Positions 37,200 through 53,350 of a DNA stretch of 64,000 nucleotides are shown piece by piece (within the stretch, counting starts at the first letter, position 1; each line of letters opens with the position of its first letter). The notes under the pieces were generated by a model that saw only the letters and a program-made list of their open reading frames with translations, was not told the DNA's origin and did not search any database. The DNA lies in assembly GCA_964016885.1 (NCBI GenBank), contig OZ024742.1, positions 50,902,001 to 50,966,000 of the forward strand, in the 5' to 3' direction. A program made the translations under genes and the position numbers. The stretch is from Eledone cirrhosa. Taxonomy: Eukaryota.

Positions 37200-37950
37200 T
37201 CGGTTTGAAGCCGAGTGTGCTTCATGACTGGAATGAAAATTAGTGCTGCGAAAACTGAGACACTCCTCTTCTCAAGGAATGCTGCGCATTGCACGCTACA
37301 TGTGTATGGAGTTCCACTGAAACAAGTGGAGCAGTTCAAGTATCTCGGGGCCGTATTCACGACTGTTAGAAGGCAGCAGGCTGAATTAAGTGCAAGAGTT
37401 GCAAAAGCTAGTGCAGTAGTGAGCCACATTCAACAGTCAGTCATCAGAGGAAGGGGGTGGTGTAACATCCAAACTCGCTGTCTTCTATTCGGGTTTCGTG
37501 CCACCCCTTACATATGGTCATGAATCTTTGGTTATGACCGAAAGAATGCGATCGCGAATACAAGCAGCCAAAATGGGTTCTTCTGAAGGGTCTTTGGAGT
37601 AACGTTATTAAATAAAGAGCGTAGCGTTCAAATCAGATAGTCACTCCAGGTAGAGCGGTTACGTCTCCGAATTGTGAGATCAAAGCTCCTATAATATGGG
37701 CAGGTGTTTAGAATGTCTCCTGGAAATAATCGCTGGACAGATTGTACGGGCAAAACCATCAGGTAGGAGACCCAGTGATAAACCGCGGGCAAGATGGTTG
37801 GATACCATCCATGATCTTGGCTGGTCATGCTTGGGGATCCAGCCGGAACGTTTGCATATGGTTGCTTTGGGCAGAACCTGCAGGAGGCAGTGTTTGAGGA
37901 CTCGTCCGCCAAAACCCTCTCAGGAATAAGTGGACGAAGAAGAAGAAAAA
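37200..37950 (+). mobile_element. RTE-clade LINE 3' fragment
   Basis: GMKISAAKTE, VEQFKYLG, LTYGHES and GRRP..KPRARWLD motifs, ending in (GAA)n. Confidence 0.8.
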
Positions 37951-39170
37951 GAACTGTTTCATCATACATGCTTGCCGATATGAAAATTCTATGAAATGAA
38001 ATCAATTTCCTATGTGTTCTTTTATATGTTTTTCAATTCACTCAAATTGGTAAATCTTGCAAGGAATTAAGGTAATTTTCTCTGTAAATGAAATTTAAAA
38101 AAAAACGCCTACACTTGTCTGAAGCAAAGGAATTGCAATGTATTTCAACTGATAATAGTTACAAAAATATAGGTATTATTATTGCCTTCAGCTATACATA
38201 CTTTTATAAATAAAATATCTGTGCTTACTAGAGAATTGGTCGTGAATCAATATCAGAATTGTTCTGAAAAAATGATTTACTGACGTCAAAATTATCCAGG
38301 TCAAATGTTTAAGGTTTAAACTGTACACTTAAAATCAGAAATTTGAAATTATTGCAAAAAATAAAATAGAATAATTGTCATGTTATTTAATTATGAATTC
38401 CCAAATTCATGATTTGTTTCACACATGTTGCATTCACACACACATACACACACACACACACAAACACGCGCGCGCACACGCATATACGCACACGCACACA
38501 CACACACACGCGGGCGCGCGCAAACAAACAAACACGAAGGGTATATTCAAACTTATTTAAGTATTCATACATGTCCGTGGACAGACAGTTACCTATTTAA
38601 TAAAATTCACACATATTTAAATAAAACAAACCACACTTGGACGCTAAATAAAGAAGCAGAATTACAACAAAAAGGCAAGAAGTATTAAAAAATATTAATT
38701 TGCTAATATTATCCGTAAGTGTTCATGTTATGTTGTAATTAATATTACTAAATACTTCTGAATTACAATTAGAACACAACGTTTAAACTGAAACGAAATA
38801 CGATTTGTGATATCCAAACGTGTACCTTATAATTTTATCGTGAATGATAGCTACAATTCTACGAGAAATATTCGATTGGAACCATAATTGCAGTTTGAAT
38901 GTGGAAGAAGTATTCTGCCAAGCAGATTGATGATTTTGGTTTAATTAACGCACCATAATGTCTAATAAGACTATAGAATAGCGAGTGCCATAGTTTTATT
39001 GAACAACTTTATCAAAAGTATTATGCAATTATTATATACATAAAGAAATGACTAAGAGATAAATTGGATTGGAAACATAAATACCAGTCTGGTCTATTTT
39101 GTGTGGTAACAAGGAGTGGAATTTAATTCTGATTTACTATCGATTAGTGATTTGGAGTAATTTTATACAC

Positions 39171-39335
39171 GTTATGTATTTTTTTAATATCTAATTAATC
39201 AAACGCGAGTCTATAATTGACACTACTGTAATATACAATGTATACAGTGAATGACTGTATACATTGTATATTACAGTAGTTACAATTATAGACTCGCATT
39301 TGAATAATTGGATATTTAAAAAAGAAATACATAAC
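39171..39335. repeat. ~165-bp imperfect palindrome (MITE-like or fold-back)
   Basis: actactgtaatatacaatgtatacagt-gaatg-actgtatacattgtatattacagtagt core with outer matches. Confidence 0.8.
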
Positions 39336-39757
39336 CTATTTGTATGAAGTAAAATATGTTAATGAGTTAGTTTCCATCTAATGGAAAACACCAGTTGTCC
39401 ATTTTGAATATATACTTGAGGGAAATTAAACTATTTTTTAAGCCTTATCAATGTTTTCAAGAACATTCTGCTTGCCTGATTATATCAGGGGCCTCGTTTG
39501 CCTTAAAACTGTGAGGCGCACAAACTAACATTTGTTGATTCTTCAAGGAGAATAAATTGCGTATGGTGCCTTTCCGGACCCTATCACGTTAGTAAAATGT
39601 TACGCTTATTAAATTTAATATATTTAAATGAAATTCAGATATAAAAGAAAATTAAGCTTAAAAAGAATGTATGAATGTATGACAAAATATATAATATAGA
39701 CGTTTGAAAACGTGGGGAGGACTTGTCCCCCGGTACCCCACTGCCAAAAGGCGCTTG

Positions 39758-39788
<31 letters not shown>

Positions 39789-39828
39789 AAAATGTTATAT
39801 ACATATAAACTAAACTAGACGGAGCTAG

Positions 39829-39875
<47 letters not shown>

Positions 39876-40030
39876 AGAAATATATAGATGTGAGAAAAAC
39901 CACAGACCCTCCATCTCAACTCTACTTTTGAAAAGCAGAAGAACTGCGAAACCGGTAAAGGAACCAAATAAATATATATATTTAAAAAAAAAATAAGACT
40001 CCAGTTGCATTTTCGATTTCATCTTTTTTT

Positions 40031-40070
<40 letters not shown>

Positions 40071-40690
40071 GTTTTTGGCTCAATGATGAATTAATTAAAT
40101 AATTAATTATCAGAGCAATATATGAAAAAGTAAGTCCATAGAATCATTAGATCAAATATATATACAGTATTTCTTCTTCCACTCAGCATAGTCAACCACA
40201 CAAAAAATTATTCATACGAGGCTATAAGTTTAAAATATACTTATGAAAAAATAATAGATACATAAATGATAGCTTTTTATCCGCGATTCACAGCCACAGA
40301 AAATGTACCTAATATTTCTGATAGCCTGTAGAAATAGACTAGATATATAGTTAACCATACATAATTAGGTACAAAATCCAAGTTAGAAGAAAAAATGTAC
40401 ATAAACATACCAAAATCATCGAAATCTATCTCTACCTCCGGAGATTTTTTCATTCGAGGGGGGAGGTATGTGTTGGTGGTGTTGATGAAGTATGGTGTTG
40501 TGTCTCCTGGTGGTGGTGGTGGCGTTGTGAGCGACAAAACTATACAGGATTGAATATTACGATGGGTTACAGGTTAAATGTGACATAGGGAACGCGGGGG
40601 AAAAGAGTTTATGGACGTATAGTGATGTGTGTTGTGGTCATGGTGGTGGTGGTGCTGGGGTGATATGTTCCACAAAATGATTACATGATC

Positions 40691-41362
40691 AGAAGTTACG
40701 GTGGGTTACAGGGTAAGGCAGACGGGGGGCGGATATAACACAGTCGATCTGGGAGTGAGGGGAGATATGTATTGATGATGTTAATGATGTTAATGATGGT
40801 TGAAGTATGTGGATGATTCTAGTGGTGGCGGTGGTGGTGTGTGTGACAGTTCATTTACAGGGTAGAATTTAGCTTGGGGGTGTAGGTTAGGGTAGACAGA
40901 GGGAACATGGGGGGATATGTTTGCGGGTGTGGATGGTACACATATGACGATGTGTGCTGTGGTGGTGGCGATGGTGTGATATGATCGACATTGTATTTAT
41001 AGGATCAGATGTTACTCTGGTACATATTCCTGTCTTTGGGGTAAATACAATGTCGATCATATAACATTATCGCCAACAACACCACCGCAACACATCGCTA
41101 TATGTCTACCATCCCACACCCGCAACCTCATTCCCCCATGTTCTCTCTGTCTGCCCTAACCTACACCCCCACGCAAAATTCTACCCTGTAAATGTACTGT
41201 CCCACACACCACCACCGCCACCACTAGATACATCCACATACTTCAACAATTATTAACATCATTAACATCATCAATACATATCTCCCCTCACTCCCAGATC
41301 GACTGTGTTATATCCCCCCGCCCCCGTCTGCCTTACCCTGTAACCCACCCACCGTAACTTCT
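40691..41362. repeat. ~320-bp-arm imperfect inverted repeat running into the gap
   Basis: 40691-41015 mirrors 41043-41362 with scattered mismatches. Confidence 0.85.
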
Positions 41363-41562
41363 NNNNNNNNNNNNNNNNNNNNNNNNNNNNNNNNNNNNNN
41401 NNNNNNNNNNNNNNNNNNNNNNNNNNNNNNNNNNNNNNNNNNNNNNNNNNNNNNNNNNNNNNNNNNNNNNNNNNNNNNNNNNNNNNNNNNNNNNNNNNNN
41501 NNNNNNNNNNNNNNNNNNNNNNNNNNNNNNNNNNNNNNNNNNNNNNNNNNNNNNNNNNNNNN
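41363..41562. other. Assembly gap (200 N)
   Basis: Run of n. Confidence 1.
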
Positions 41563-42621
41563 TTAATATGTATTTTGATGATTGAGTGTTATGTTGAATG
41601 TATGATATAGTGTGTGTCTGTTATTGTTCGATTGATACTTATGTGTGTATGTGTAGTGGTTATGTAATTGAGTTGGTTGATTAGTATAAAACCATCTCCA
41701 TTGCTCTCACCTCACCACTCCAATCTATGTCTCCTACAGCCAACCTCCACCGATACTCACCCCACTCTCACTATATATATCCACACGTGCGCATGCACAT
41801 ACACTGTGTGTATTACATGCGTGTGGATATATACGTGTGTGATGCTATAGTGTGTGGCGTGGGGTGTGTGTGTGTATGTGGGTCTTGTACGTGTGCATAT
41901 ATATCAGTATGTATGCGCATGTATAATTTATGTATATATATATACAACGTATTGTCAGACTAAGAGTGCAGGAATGTATCTCCCCAAGGAGTCTACACCA
42001 CCAACACATCCACCACACCCACCACAAACGCCACTACCATAAACAACACACCACAACCACTCCCCACACACGCCAACCCGTCTACCGGCAACCCACTAAC
42101 CTCACACCACACTCCCATCCCAGTAAGCGACCGCAACACCATCTTATCATCACATCCATCCCCACATACACTACAGGCCAAGGCCAACCCGCCTCCACGA
42201 AACCACAGCACACCCAGCCAGCGACCGTCACCAACATCCTCATCATCACTCCACCTCCTACATACACTACAAGCCAAAACCAACCCGCCACCACCACACC
42301 ACAGCCCATCACAGCCAGCTCGATGTCACCAACATCTCATAATCACAACTCCACCCAACATAAACTACAGCCCAGTACATCCCTTTGATCCATCCCACCA
42401 AACAAAACAACTCATATTGTCAATCTCTTGAAATTCTGTCTTTACCACATAGCATGTATTTCATTTCCTTATAGCATTTTAAAGGGTCCGTCGAGCCGCC
42501 GATTATTGAGTCGGGTAGGATCGATACAGATCGACCCCTTGAACCGAGTCAGTGGCGAAACACGCGTCACCTACCAATAAATGCAATGAAGGAGTAAGCA
42601 ATCGTCCTTGTTATCCTTTCA

Positions 42622-42652
<31 letters not shown>

Positions 42653-42705
42653 AGTATATATATATGGAGGAAGTTATAGTTCACTTGAAGCATTGTGTAA
42701 TGAGG

Positions 42706-43093
42706 TATAAACGTTTGTATTTGTAAAGCCAAAACAATGCAGGTATCGATATAGAATATAAATGCAAATGCAAAATGCAAATGCAAAAGATAATGTTGAC
42801 AATTAGTCTTTTACCTTAAATTTATTTAAATATCCTTGATTTTCGAGACAATGTCTCTTCTTCGGAGGGAAGTAAAGTTGATAAACCAGCGTTCTAAATA
42901 GCTTGCCAAGCTATTTAGAACGCTGGTTTAACAACTTTACTTCCCTCCGAACAAGAGGCATTGTCTCGAAAATCAAGGATATTTAAATAAATTTAAGGTA
43001 AAAGACTAATTGTCAACATTATCTTTTGCATTTGCATTTATATTCTATATCCATCCCTGCATTGTTTGGGCTCTACAAATACATACAAACGTT

Positions 43094-43095
<2 letters not shown>
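42706..43095. repeat. ~190-bp-arm fold-back between TA tracts, with a degenerate HHR-like motif
   Basis: Centre agcttgccaagct. Minus strand reads ccgaaga-a-gagacattgtctc-GAAA. Confidence 0.8.
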
Positions 43096-43131
<36 letters not shown>

Positions 43132-43734
43132 ATTATTTACTTCAATCAAGATTTTAACTGTTAATTTCAAATTTTCAATCTTAATTTGCTCTCTGAAACC
43201 ATAATATCTAGAATTAAGTTTATATTCACTCAGCGGGCATGGTAAACTCTATCGTACAGACATAAATTAGGTGTAGTATTGAGGCCTACTCATACTCTGT
43301 CACCACCACTAGGTTTCGGTCAACTGCCAGTGGCAGGGCGAATAACAGTAAACTTTAACCGTGTCATATTACCGGCCTGGATTGGGGTGATTGTTAGGTT
43401 GGGGGTGGCGGGGTGACCTGCATAGGCTTGTTTTCGTTGAGATTGGGGTAGTGCATGGTGAATTTCCATTTGTGCCTGCGCAGACCTGTGGAGATGAATT
43501 GGGGCTCACAGGGGAACGAACGAGGGATTCAAAAACACGTGCCTTGTCCATTCCTTGGTCGTTTCAATTTGGATAGCCTCGGGAACGTAACCTTATTATA
43601 TAAGAAGCTGTCTGATGATGTCATGGCACTGGGTATACGGAATCATGTGGCCACAGTCATCATTGAAATATGTATCACAGCATTATCAATAAACGACTTT
43701 AACATCTGAAACTACTTCGCATTTTCTCTCTCTC

Positions 43735-43817
<83 letters not shown>

Positions 43818-43915
43818 CAACGGCTTCCCAAATGTTTTACCATGTAAACATACCGTGTTTCTTTAGAAATACGAAATTTCTATTTATAATTGTATACAGC
43901 TCTGCTTGAAGCTAA

Positions 43916-44069
<154 letters not shown>

Positions 44070-45427
44070 TGTTGACGGATGTCAGAAATAGCACTGAATA
44101 CCGAATTAGAGATTAAATATTATTTAATTGGGTGAAGCGATGTGTCTAGTTTTTCTTGAGTTTTAACTGTATACTCAGACAATTGGACAGTAATATAACT
44201 GATATAAGGATGAAGATTCTCTCTTTATCTTTCTCCTTTTTTCCCTTCTGCGTATCTTCTGCAACTGGATATGTGCCACTGAGTAATAAATCACAAGCAC
44301 AAAATTTAGAAGTATCCCAATGTATTCCGTAAAATAAAGTTATGACTAATGAAGATTGCAGGTGTCATTGTATAATTGTGAAATTTCATTTCATATCTGT
44401 TAAACGGCGGGAAATGGCAGAGGTGAATTTTTCAAGTGATTTTACCCAAAGACATTTAAGTATTCTGATACAATTTACTGTTCATCATATATTACAAATT
44501 AGGAATACTATGTGTGTAGAGGTGCCTTATAATCGTGTTTTTCGTATATCTAGTGAGAAAACTGTAAAATTTGTACTGCACACGGTTAGCTGCATCGTTA
44601 AATATTTCGCTTCTCAACAAGATTAGGCTTCGCATTAATCGAGAAAACTTAACATAGCTCTTCAATATCCCAATATGCACAAGCAACTATTAAATCTACA
44701 GAAAGCTACTGCATTGAATTTCATTAAAAAGAGAAGTAATGGAACTTCCCTATAATTATCCATAAACATGTTTCATATACATCATAGGAAAACCAACAAA
44801 CACAGTAGATTTGTATTCCTGCTTCAATCACAATTTATGACCTTATTTCAGATATATTTCAATTATATTTTAACTGCATCGAAACCAGATATCTTGCAGG
44901 GCTTGTAAGAAACTTCATATTACGACCCTTGCTACATATTCAGTCTAAATGAAAACAAGAAATCTATAATTTAAATAATCCAGCATTGGTGTTGGATTAT
45001 ACTACTAAAAAGAGTGAAAAAAGAAGAAATATCGATTTCTCGCCTAGGCACAAAGTCCCATATGTATAATGAAATTGTAGAGTGTAAGCAATGATTTCAT
45101 ATAAAAGTGTGAAATAACTATCAGCCAAAATATATTGAATACAGCTATCTTTACTTTATTCCACACAACTGTATTTGCACTGTTAATTCAATAAAAGTAA
45201 GTTAGCATGTTTTTAGCAAACGAACGTGATAATATTAGTAAGACGTTGCCTTTATTTCATAAAAGACGGGCAATGTCACGAGTAAATGGTAATGTAATGG
45301 ACAGAACTGGTGGTATTGTATTCCAGAGCATTTGTTTACCATGGAATAGATTGGATATCTTGTATTAATGGTAGCTAGTCAACATGCTGCCCATAATTGT
45401 TTTCTCTTTTGCAATTGGAATATTAAA

Positions 45428-45458
<31 letters not shown>

Positions 45459-45976
45459 AAGATGTGTACTCACAGGATGTGAGCGTGCGTTTGATTTTTG
45501 ACAAAGAGCCGCTTACATTGGATACCATGGCAATGAAAGTTTTGTTTGGGGGAAAATGATGCGTGTAAAGCTCCATACATGTAATGTTTAATCTATTACA
45601 GCGAAAGCAAGAGAGATAAGACAGAATGTTGAACTCCGACCGAAAAATAATGTAATGATGAATTAGAAGCGTTTAGGGAACCGATCTTCACTGGGGCATA
45701 CTTCTTATTATTCAAGGAATATTGAATTACATGTTGACAACCACAATGTAGTGCTGTAAGTTAGTCGCTGGGATGACATGGTTTAACAGCAAGAAAAGTT
45801 GCTAGCGATACTAATTGGAAAGTCGACTATCCGTGACCGTTGCATGAATACACACATACAGAAACACAACCATTACAATATACGTTTCTTCAACTCTCCC
45901 ACCCTGTTCTCCCTCTCTCTCTCTCTCTCTCTCTGAATCTCACTAAATCCCCCCCCCCCACACACACACACACATA

Positions 45977-46022
<46 letters not shown>

Positions 46023-46440
46023 GTGTGTGTGTGTGTGTGTTTAGATATGTTAATTCATTCACAGCAGATATGCCTATGTTGAAGTATATACGTCGTTATG
46101 TCTGTATGATTTTGTATATAGAGCTGAGCACCATTGTTTTGGCGTATGAGCACGAGTTTAGGTGAATGACTTATGATTACACGGGTTCATAATTGGCTTC
46201 GGTTTAACCTAGATGTATCTACGTCCTTGTTAAAGACATTGACGATTTTACTTGCAAGTACACATATATATTTGTATGTATGTATATATATATATATATG
46301 TGTATATATATATATGTATGTATGTATATATATATATATGTGATTTATTAATACATACGCCATCAACTTTAATCTGTTAATTTTATAAATTAATATCCCT
46401 TCCATATACTCTACCAATTGTGTTGTTATTCCTGTTTCCC

Positions 46441-46495
<55 letters not shown>

Positions 46496-46695
46496 CTTAT
46501 ATATAAATTTGCGGTAAATATTGATGCAAATTACACAAGTACTCGACGCATTTCTTCCACATAGGAAAAACCGAGTATAATTACAAAGAGAAAATGCGAA
46601 TTAGTTTCAGATGTTATGAGAAAATGATATCTGAAAATACTTCGCATTTTCTCATCTTATATTCATATATATATATATGAATATATATATATATA

Positions 46696-46727
<32 letters not shown>

Positions 46728-46750
46728 CGAGTATATATATATATATATAC

Positions 46751-46855
<105 letters not shown>

Positions 46856-46901
46856 TATATATATAATATATATGTATGTATGTATATATATATATATATA
46901 T

Positions 46902-47515
46902 GTCAGGTCACCAGTTGGTGCTACTGGTAACATGTATCCCAGTACAACCTGTCTCATGGTCGGGTCGTTGGCGACTAAACTGGCAACCCCACCAAGGTTT
47001 CTTGGTGAGGAGGGTGACTTTGGACATCCTGCAGGATTAAAAACAAAACCTGTCAAAGGGCAAAGGAGCTATTAAGAGTCAATGGCCATCCAAAATCACC
47101 GGGAGAGATGACCCCTTAGCCTTTGTCAATGCAGAATTCTAGGAGAAGGAAAACTCTGATATAACACCTGCAACCCTGATGGTATCCAATGATGTTGACT
47201 TGTTCTTCTTTTTGGTAAATATCATCTTGGTTAAGAGAGTGGGACTGGCTTTGTGCAGTGCCTTTGCTCACTATAAAAGCTTCACGGCACAGGCATTGCT
47301 TTGTATCTGGAGATCTCTCTGCACTTGTCCTCACATGGTACGGTACCATGGCCCCAGCACTATGTGTCAATAATTGTCACAAGTGTAGTGTTTGTACCAG
47401 AGATTTCAATTCGCTGGCTGGACTAAAAAGTCACACTCGTTCAGCGCATCGATAGGGGTTCTCCTACATGGATATAAAGTAGTGGCCGTACTCGAAAACG
47501 AGTTGGCAGCCACCA
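46902..47515 (+). mobile_element. Non-autonomous, internally deleted RTE-like element (5' UTR joined to the 3' end)
   Basis: Ends in a C2H2-like remnant [25 protein letters not shown] full inverted copy lies at 60043-60612 and a related 5' part at 54310-54562. Inserted in (TA)n. Confidence 0.65.
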
Positions 47516-48182
<667 letters not shown>

Positions 48183-48413
48183 TCAGAGCAAACAGCACGG
48201 ACACTCTATCTCAAAATTATTTTTGAAAAGCATTTAGAAATGCGCAACCGGTAAAAACTTAAAAACTTAAAATCACAACTGAATACTAACCCATACAATC
48301 ACTAATACTCTTTTATTCCTAATTAAACCATTTTTCAACTGTGAACAATTTGTCAGCATTTTCTATTCCGTTTACCAATATATAATAACTTGTGTGTTAC
48401 ACCTCTATTCTTT

Positions 48414-48499
<86 letters not shown>

Positions 48500-48503
<4 letters not shown>

Positions 48504-49432
48504 ATTTACGTATCGAGAGAGAGAAGGAGGGTAGGCGATACATGCAGTTATTTGCCAATAGCGTATGCAGAGGGTGCTCAATACTAATGCCGGCAGTGTT
48601 AAATATTAGAAGTGTTAATATCTAGTGGACGAGAGAATTAGCAGAGCGGAAGGACGTGCAGAGGTAAATAAAGGAGAATAAACCGTTAACACATGTTTAT
48701 TTAAAATAGCACTTACGTACGTTTCACACGAATTGGCTTCTCAGGGGCATAAACAACTAAAAAGCGTTCCTTACATGACCCGGATTTTCACGTCAGAGTT
48801 CATTCTTCGTAAAAAAACATGTATTGATTTTGCAGCAGATCAAGGGAGATACATCTAGCCGGTGTTAGGGCAGTCTTTTCCGGACGAATTTCTTCATCCG
48901 TTACTATGTGGTTACTACCTTACCATTGTCGATATGCGCAGGGTCATGTATGCAACGTTTGTTTCGAGATGTTTGTTTGCTGCGCCTGCCCGCGTCGGTC
49001 GATTCATGCCGGGTCTGGGATGCATGGTTAGTTTCCGGGATGATTTTTTGCAGCGCCTGCCGCTGGGGTGTTATAGCTTGGTGCAAGGAGACCCGTTTTA
49101 CGGTTTCCACTCCTCGATCTTATTCCATCTGGTGTAAAATATATTTAAGCGGTCTGTACAGCTTATCGTCGTTTCAGCTCTGCTGTTGTTGAGCTCGTGG
49201 GTTGCCGTTATGACATGGTAGAGCTCCATGAGGCAAATATCGCACTTCCTCTTGAAGTTGTACGGAGCAGCAGCTCTGCCGACAATTTCCCAGTGCGTGG
49301 AGAAGCTGATGTTTGAGTCTTTTAATGATGTGATGTAGTTCGCGACCGAAGTGGAGAGTCTTAGCTTCTTGTTTGCGAAAGAGTTGAGATTTGTTCGAAA
49401 TCTATTTTTGAACGGGCCTGAGGTAGCCCCTA
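48500..49432 (-). mobile_element. PLE 3' fragment (GIY-YIG C-terminus) with degenerate HHR at 48708-48749
   Basis: Minus frame reads [12 protein letters not shown]...STSVANYI.SLK...WEIV...KCDICLME. Downstream is CTGAGAA-gc..gt-GAAA-cgtacg-TA and aataaa. Confidence 0.78.
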
Positions 49433-49552
49433 TTTAATCTTTAACGCTAATATGGCTAATTACGGTGCACCTATATATATAACCCTATCAGTCAGGCAGT
49501 TACCCCTATTGGGCAGCATCCCCTGTCGCGTCATTTGCAATTTCGGTCGGGG

Positions 49553-50186
<634 letters not shown>

Positions 50187-50187
<1 letters not shown>

Positions 50188-51336
50188 AATGTAAGTATGC
50201 ATGTATACGTACATACATATATGTATACAGACGTACAGTAGCATGCACATATATATATATATATACATATATATATACATATGCATACAGGTACACATAC
50301 ATATATGCACGTATCAGTTTAGCGGCGCTAACGTCGCTTTGTTCGTTTGTAAACAAACTGAACAGCCTGAATTTATGCCATACGGTGTTAAGGCAACCAC
50401 GTCACCTTTTTGTTCAACACTGACACAGGAACGATGTACTAGTTTCAAGCTTGTTAGCTATCATCAGCACCGTTTACCCATCTGCCAGATAGTTGAACGT
50501 TTGAAAGTATATACTTTCCTTATGAAAATTAACGGCTGAGCAGCCTAATTTGCATATTGAGTGAGTTAAATCGGTCAGGCATACCGAAAACGATAAATTA
50601 AAACAAAATGAAAACGAAATTTCATTTCTCACTCTTAGTATGGCACTTACTTAAATGTAAGTATGCATGTATACGTACATACATATATGTATACAGACGT
50701 ACAGTAGCATGCACATATATATATATATATACATACATATATACATATGCATACAGGTACACATACATATATGCACGTATCAGTTTAGCGGCGCTAACGT
50801 CGCTTTGTTCGTTTGTAAACAAACTGAACAGCCTGAATTTATGCCATACGGTGTTAAGGCAACCACGTCACCTTTTTGTTCAACACTGACACAGGAACGA
50901 TGTACTAGTTTCAAGCTTGTTAGCTATCATCAGCACCGTTTACCCATCTGCCAGATAGTTGAACGTTTGAAAGTATATACTTTCCTTATGAAAATTAACG
51001 GCTGAGCAGCCTAATTTGCATATTGAGTGAGTTAAATCGGTCAGGCATACCGAAAACGATAAATTAAAACAAAATGAAAACGAAATTTCATTTCTCACTC
51101 TTAGTATGGCACTTACTTAAATGTAAGTATGCATGTATACGTACATACATATATGTATACAGACGTACAGTAGCATGCACATATATATATATATATACAT
51201 ACATATATACATATGCATACAGGTACACATACATATATGCACGTATCAGTTTAGTGGCGCTAACGTCGCTTTGTTCGTTTGTAAACAAACTGAACAGCCT
51301 GAATTTATGCCATACGGTGTTAAGGCAACCACGTCA

Positions 51337-51372
<36 letters not shown>

Positions 51373-53012
51373 TTCAACACTGACACAGGAACGATGTACT
51401 AGTTTCAAGCTTGTTAGCTATCATCAGCACCGTTTACCCATCTGCCAGATAGTTGAACGTTTGAAAGTATATACTTTCCTTATGAAAATTAACGGCTGAG
51501 CAGCCTAATTTGCATATTGAGTGAGTTAAATCGGTCAGGCATACCGAAAACGATAAATTAAAACAAAATGAAAACGAAATTTCATTTCTCACTCTTAGTA
51601 TGGCACTTACTTAAATGTAAGTATGCATGTATACGTACATACATATATGTATACAGACGTACAGTAGCATGCACATATATATATATATATACATACATAT
51701 ATACATATGCATACAGGTACACATACATATATGCACGTATCAGTTTAGCGGCGCTAACGTCGCTTTGTTCGTTTGTAAACAAACTGAACAGCCTGAATTT
51801 ATGCCATACGGTGTTAAGGCAACCACGTCACCTTTTTGTTCAACACTGACACAGGAACGATGTACTAGTTTCAAGCTTGTTAGCTATCATCAGCACCGTT
51901 TACCCATCTGCCAGATAGTTGAACGTTTGAAAGTATATACTTTCCTTATGAAAATTAACGGCTGAGCAGCCTAATTTGCATATTGAGTGAGTTAAATCGG
52001 TCAGGCATACCGAAAACGATAAATTAAAACAAAATGAAAACGAAATTTCATTTCTCACTCTTAGTATGGCACTTACTTAAATGTAAGTATGCATGTATAC
52101 GTACATACATATATGTATACAGACGTACAGTAGCATGCACATATATATATATATATACATACATATATACATATGCATACAGGTACACATACATATATGC
52201 ACGTATCAGTTTAGCGGCGCTAACGTCGCTTTGTTCGTTTGTAAACAAACTGAACAGCCTGAATTTATGCCATACGGTGTTAAGGCAACCACGTCACCTT
52301 TTTGTTCAACACTGACACAGGAACGATGTACTAGTTTCAAGCTTGTTAGCTATCATCAGCACCGTTTACCCATCTGCCAGATAGTTGAACGTTTGAAAGT
52401 ATATACTTTCCTTATGAAAATTAACGGCTGAGCAGCCTAATTTGCATATTGAGTGAGTTAAATCGGTCAGGCATACCGAAAACGATAAATTAAAACAAAA
52501 TGAAAACGAAATTTCATTTCTCACTCTTAGTATGGCACTTACTTAAATGTAAGTATGCATGTATACGTACATACATATATGTATACAGACGTACAGTAGC
52601 ATGCACATATATATATATATATACATACATATATACATATGCATACAGGTACACATACATATATGCACGTATCAGTTTAGCGGCGCTAACGTCGCTTTGT
52701 TCGTTTGTAAACAAACTGAACAGCCTGAATTTATGCCATACGGTGTTGCCTTAACACCGTATGGCATAAATTCAGGCTGTTCAGTTTGTTTACAAACGAA
52801 CAAAGCGACGTTAGCGCCGCTAAACTGATACGTGCATATATGTATGTGTACCTGTATGCATATGTATATATATATGTATATATATATATATATGTGCATG
52901 CTACTGTACGTCTGTATACATATATGTATGTACGTATACATGCATACTTACATTTAAGTAAGTGCCATACTAAGAGTGAGAAATGAAATTTCGTTTTCAT
53001 TTTGTTTTAATT

Positions 53013-53013
<1 letters not shown>
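50187..53013 (-). mobile_element. Tandem array of 466-bp units (~5.5 copies) plus terminal inverted partial unit; putative non-LTR retrozyme
   Basis: Periods are 466, 494, 466 and 466 (starts 50608, 51074, 51568, 52034, 52500). One minus-strand HHR per unit. Inversion at about 52750. Confidence 0.88.
50430..50474 (-). ncRNA. Minimal type I hammerhead ribozyme (identical copies at 50896-50940, 51390-51434, 51856-51900, 52322-52366)
   Basis: aacggtg-CTGATGA-t-agct[aaca]agct-t-GAAA-ctag-TA-catcgtt: 7-bp stem I, canonical core, palindromic ACTAGT stem III, GUA cleavage triplet. Confidence 0.85.

Positions 53014-53350
<337 letters not shown>

Noticed and set aside
44720-44960. Possible exon in the unique 44-46 kb region
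   Set aside because: Splice-like signals occur on both strands but there is no consistent open frame. Unsupported.
50187-52747. CRISPR array or tandem snRNA/5S genes
   Set aside because: No unique spacers, eukaryotic context and no recognisable snRNA, 5S or tRNA sequence.
50608-52986. Repeated 93-, 112- and 66-aa ORFs in the 466-bp unit as a tandem gene family
   Set aside because: Low-complexity, overlapping in several frames, not preserved in the sister array and disrupted by the poly-T. The conserved signal is RNA structure.
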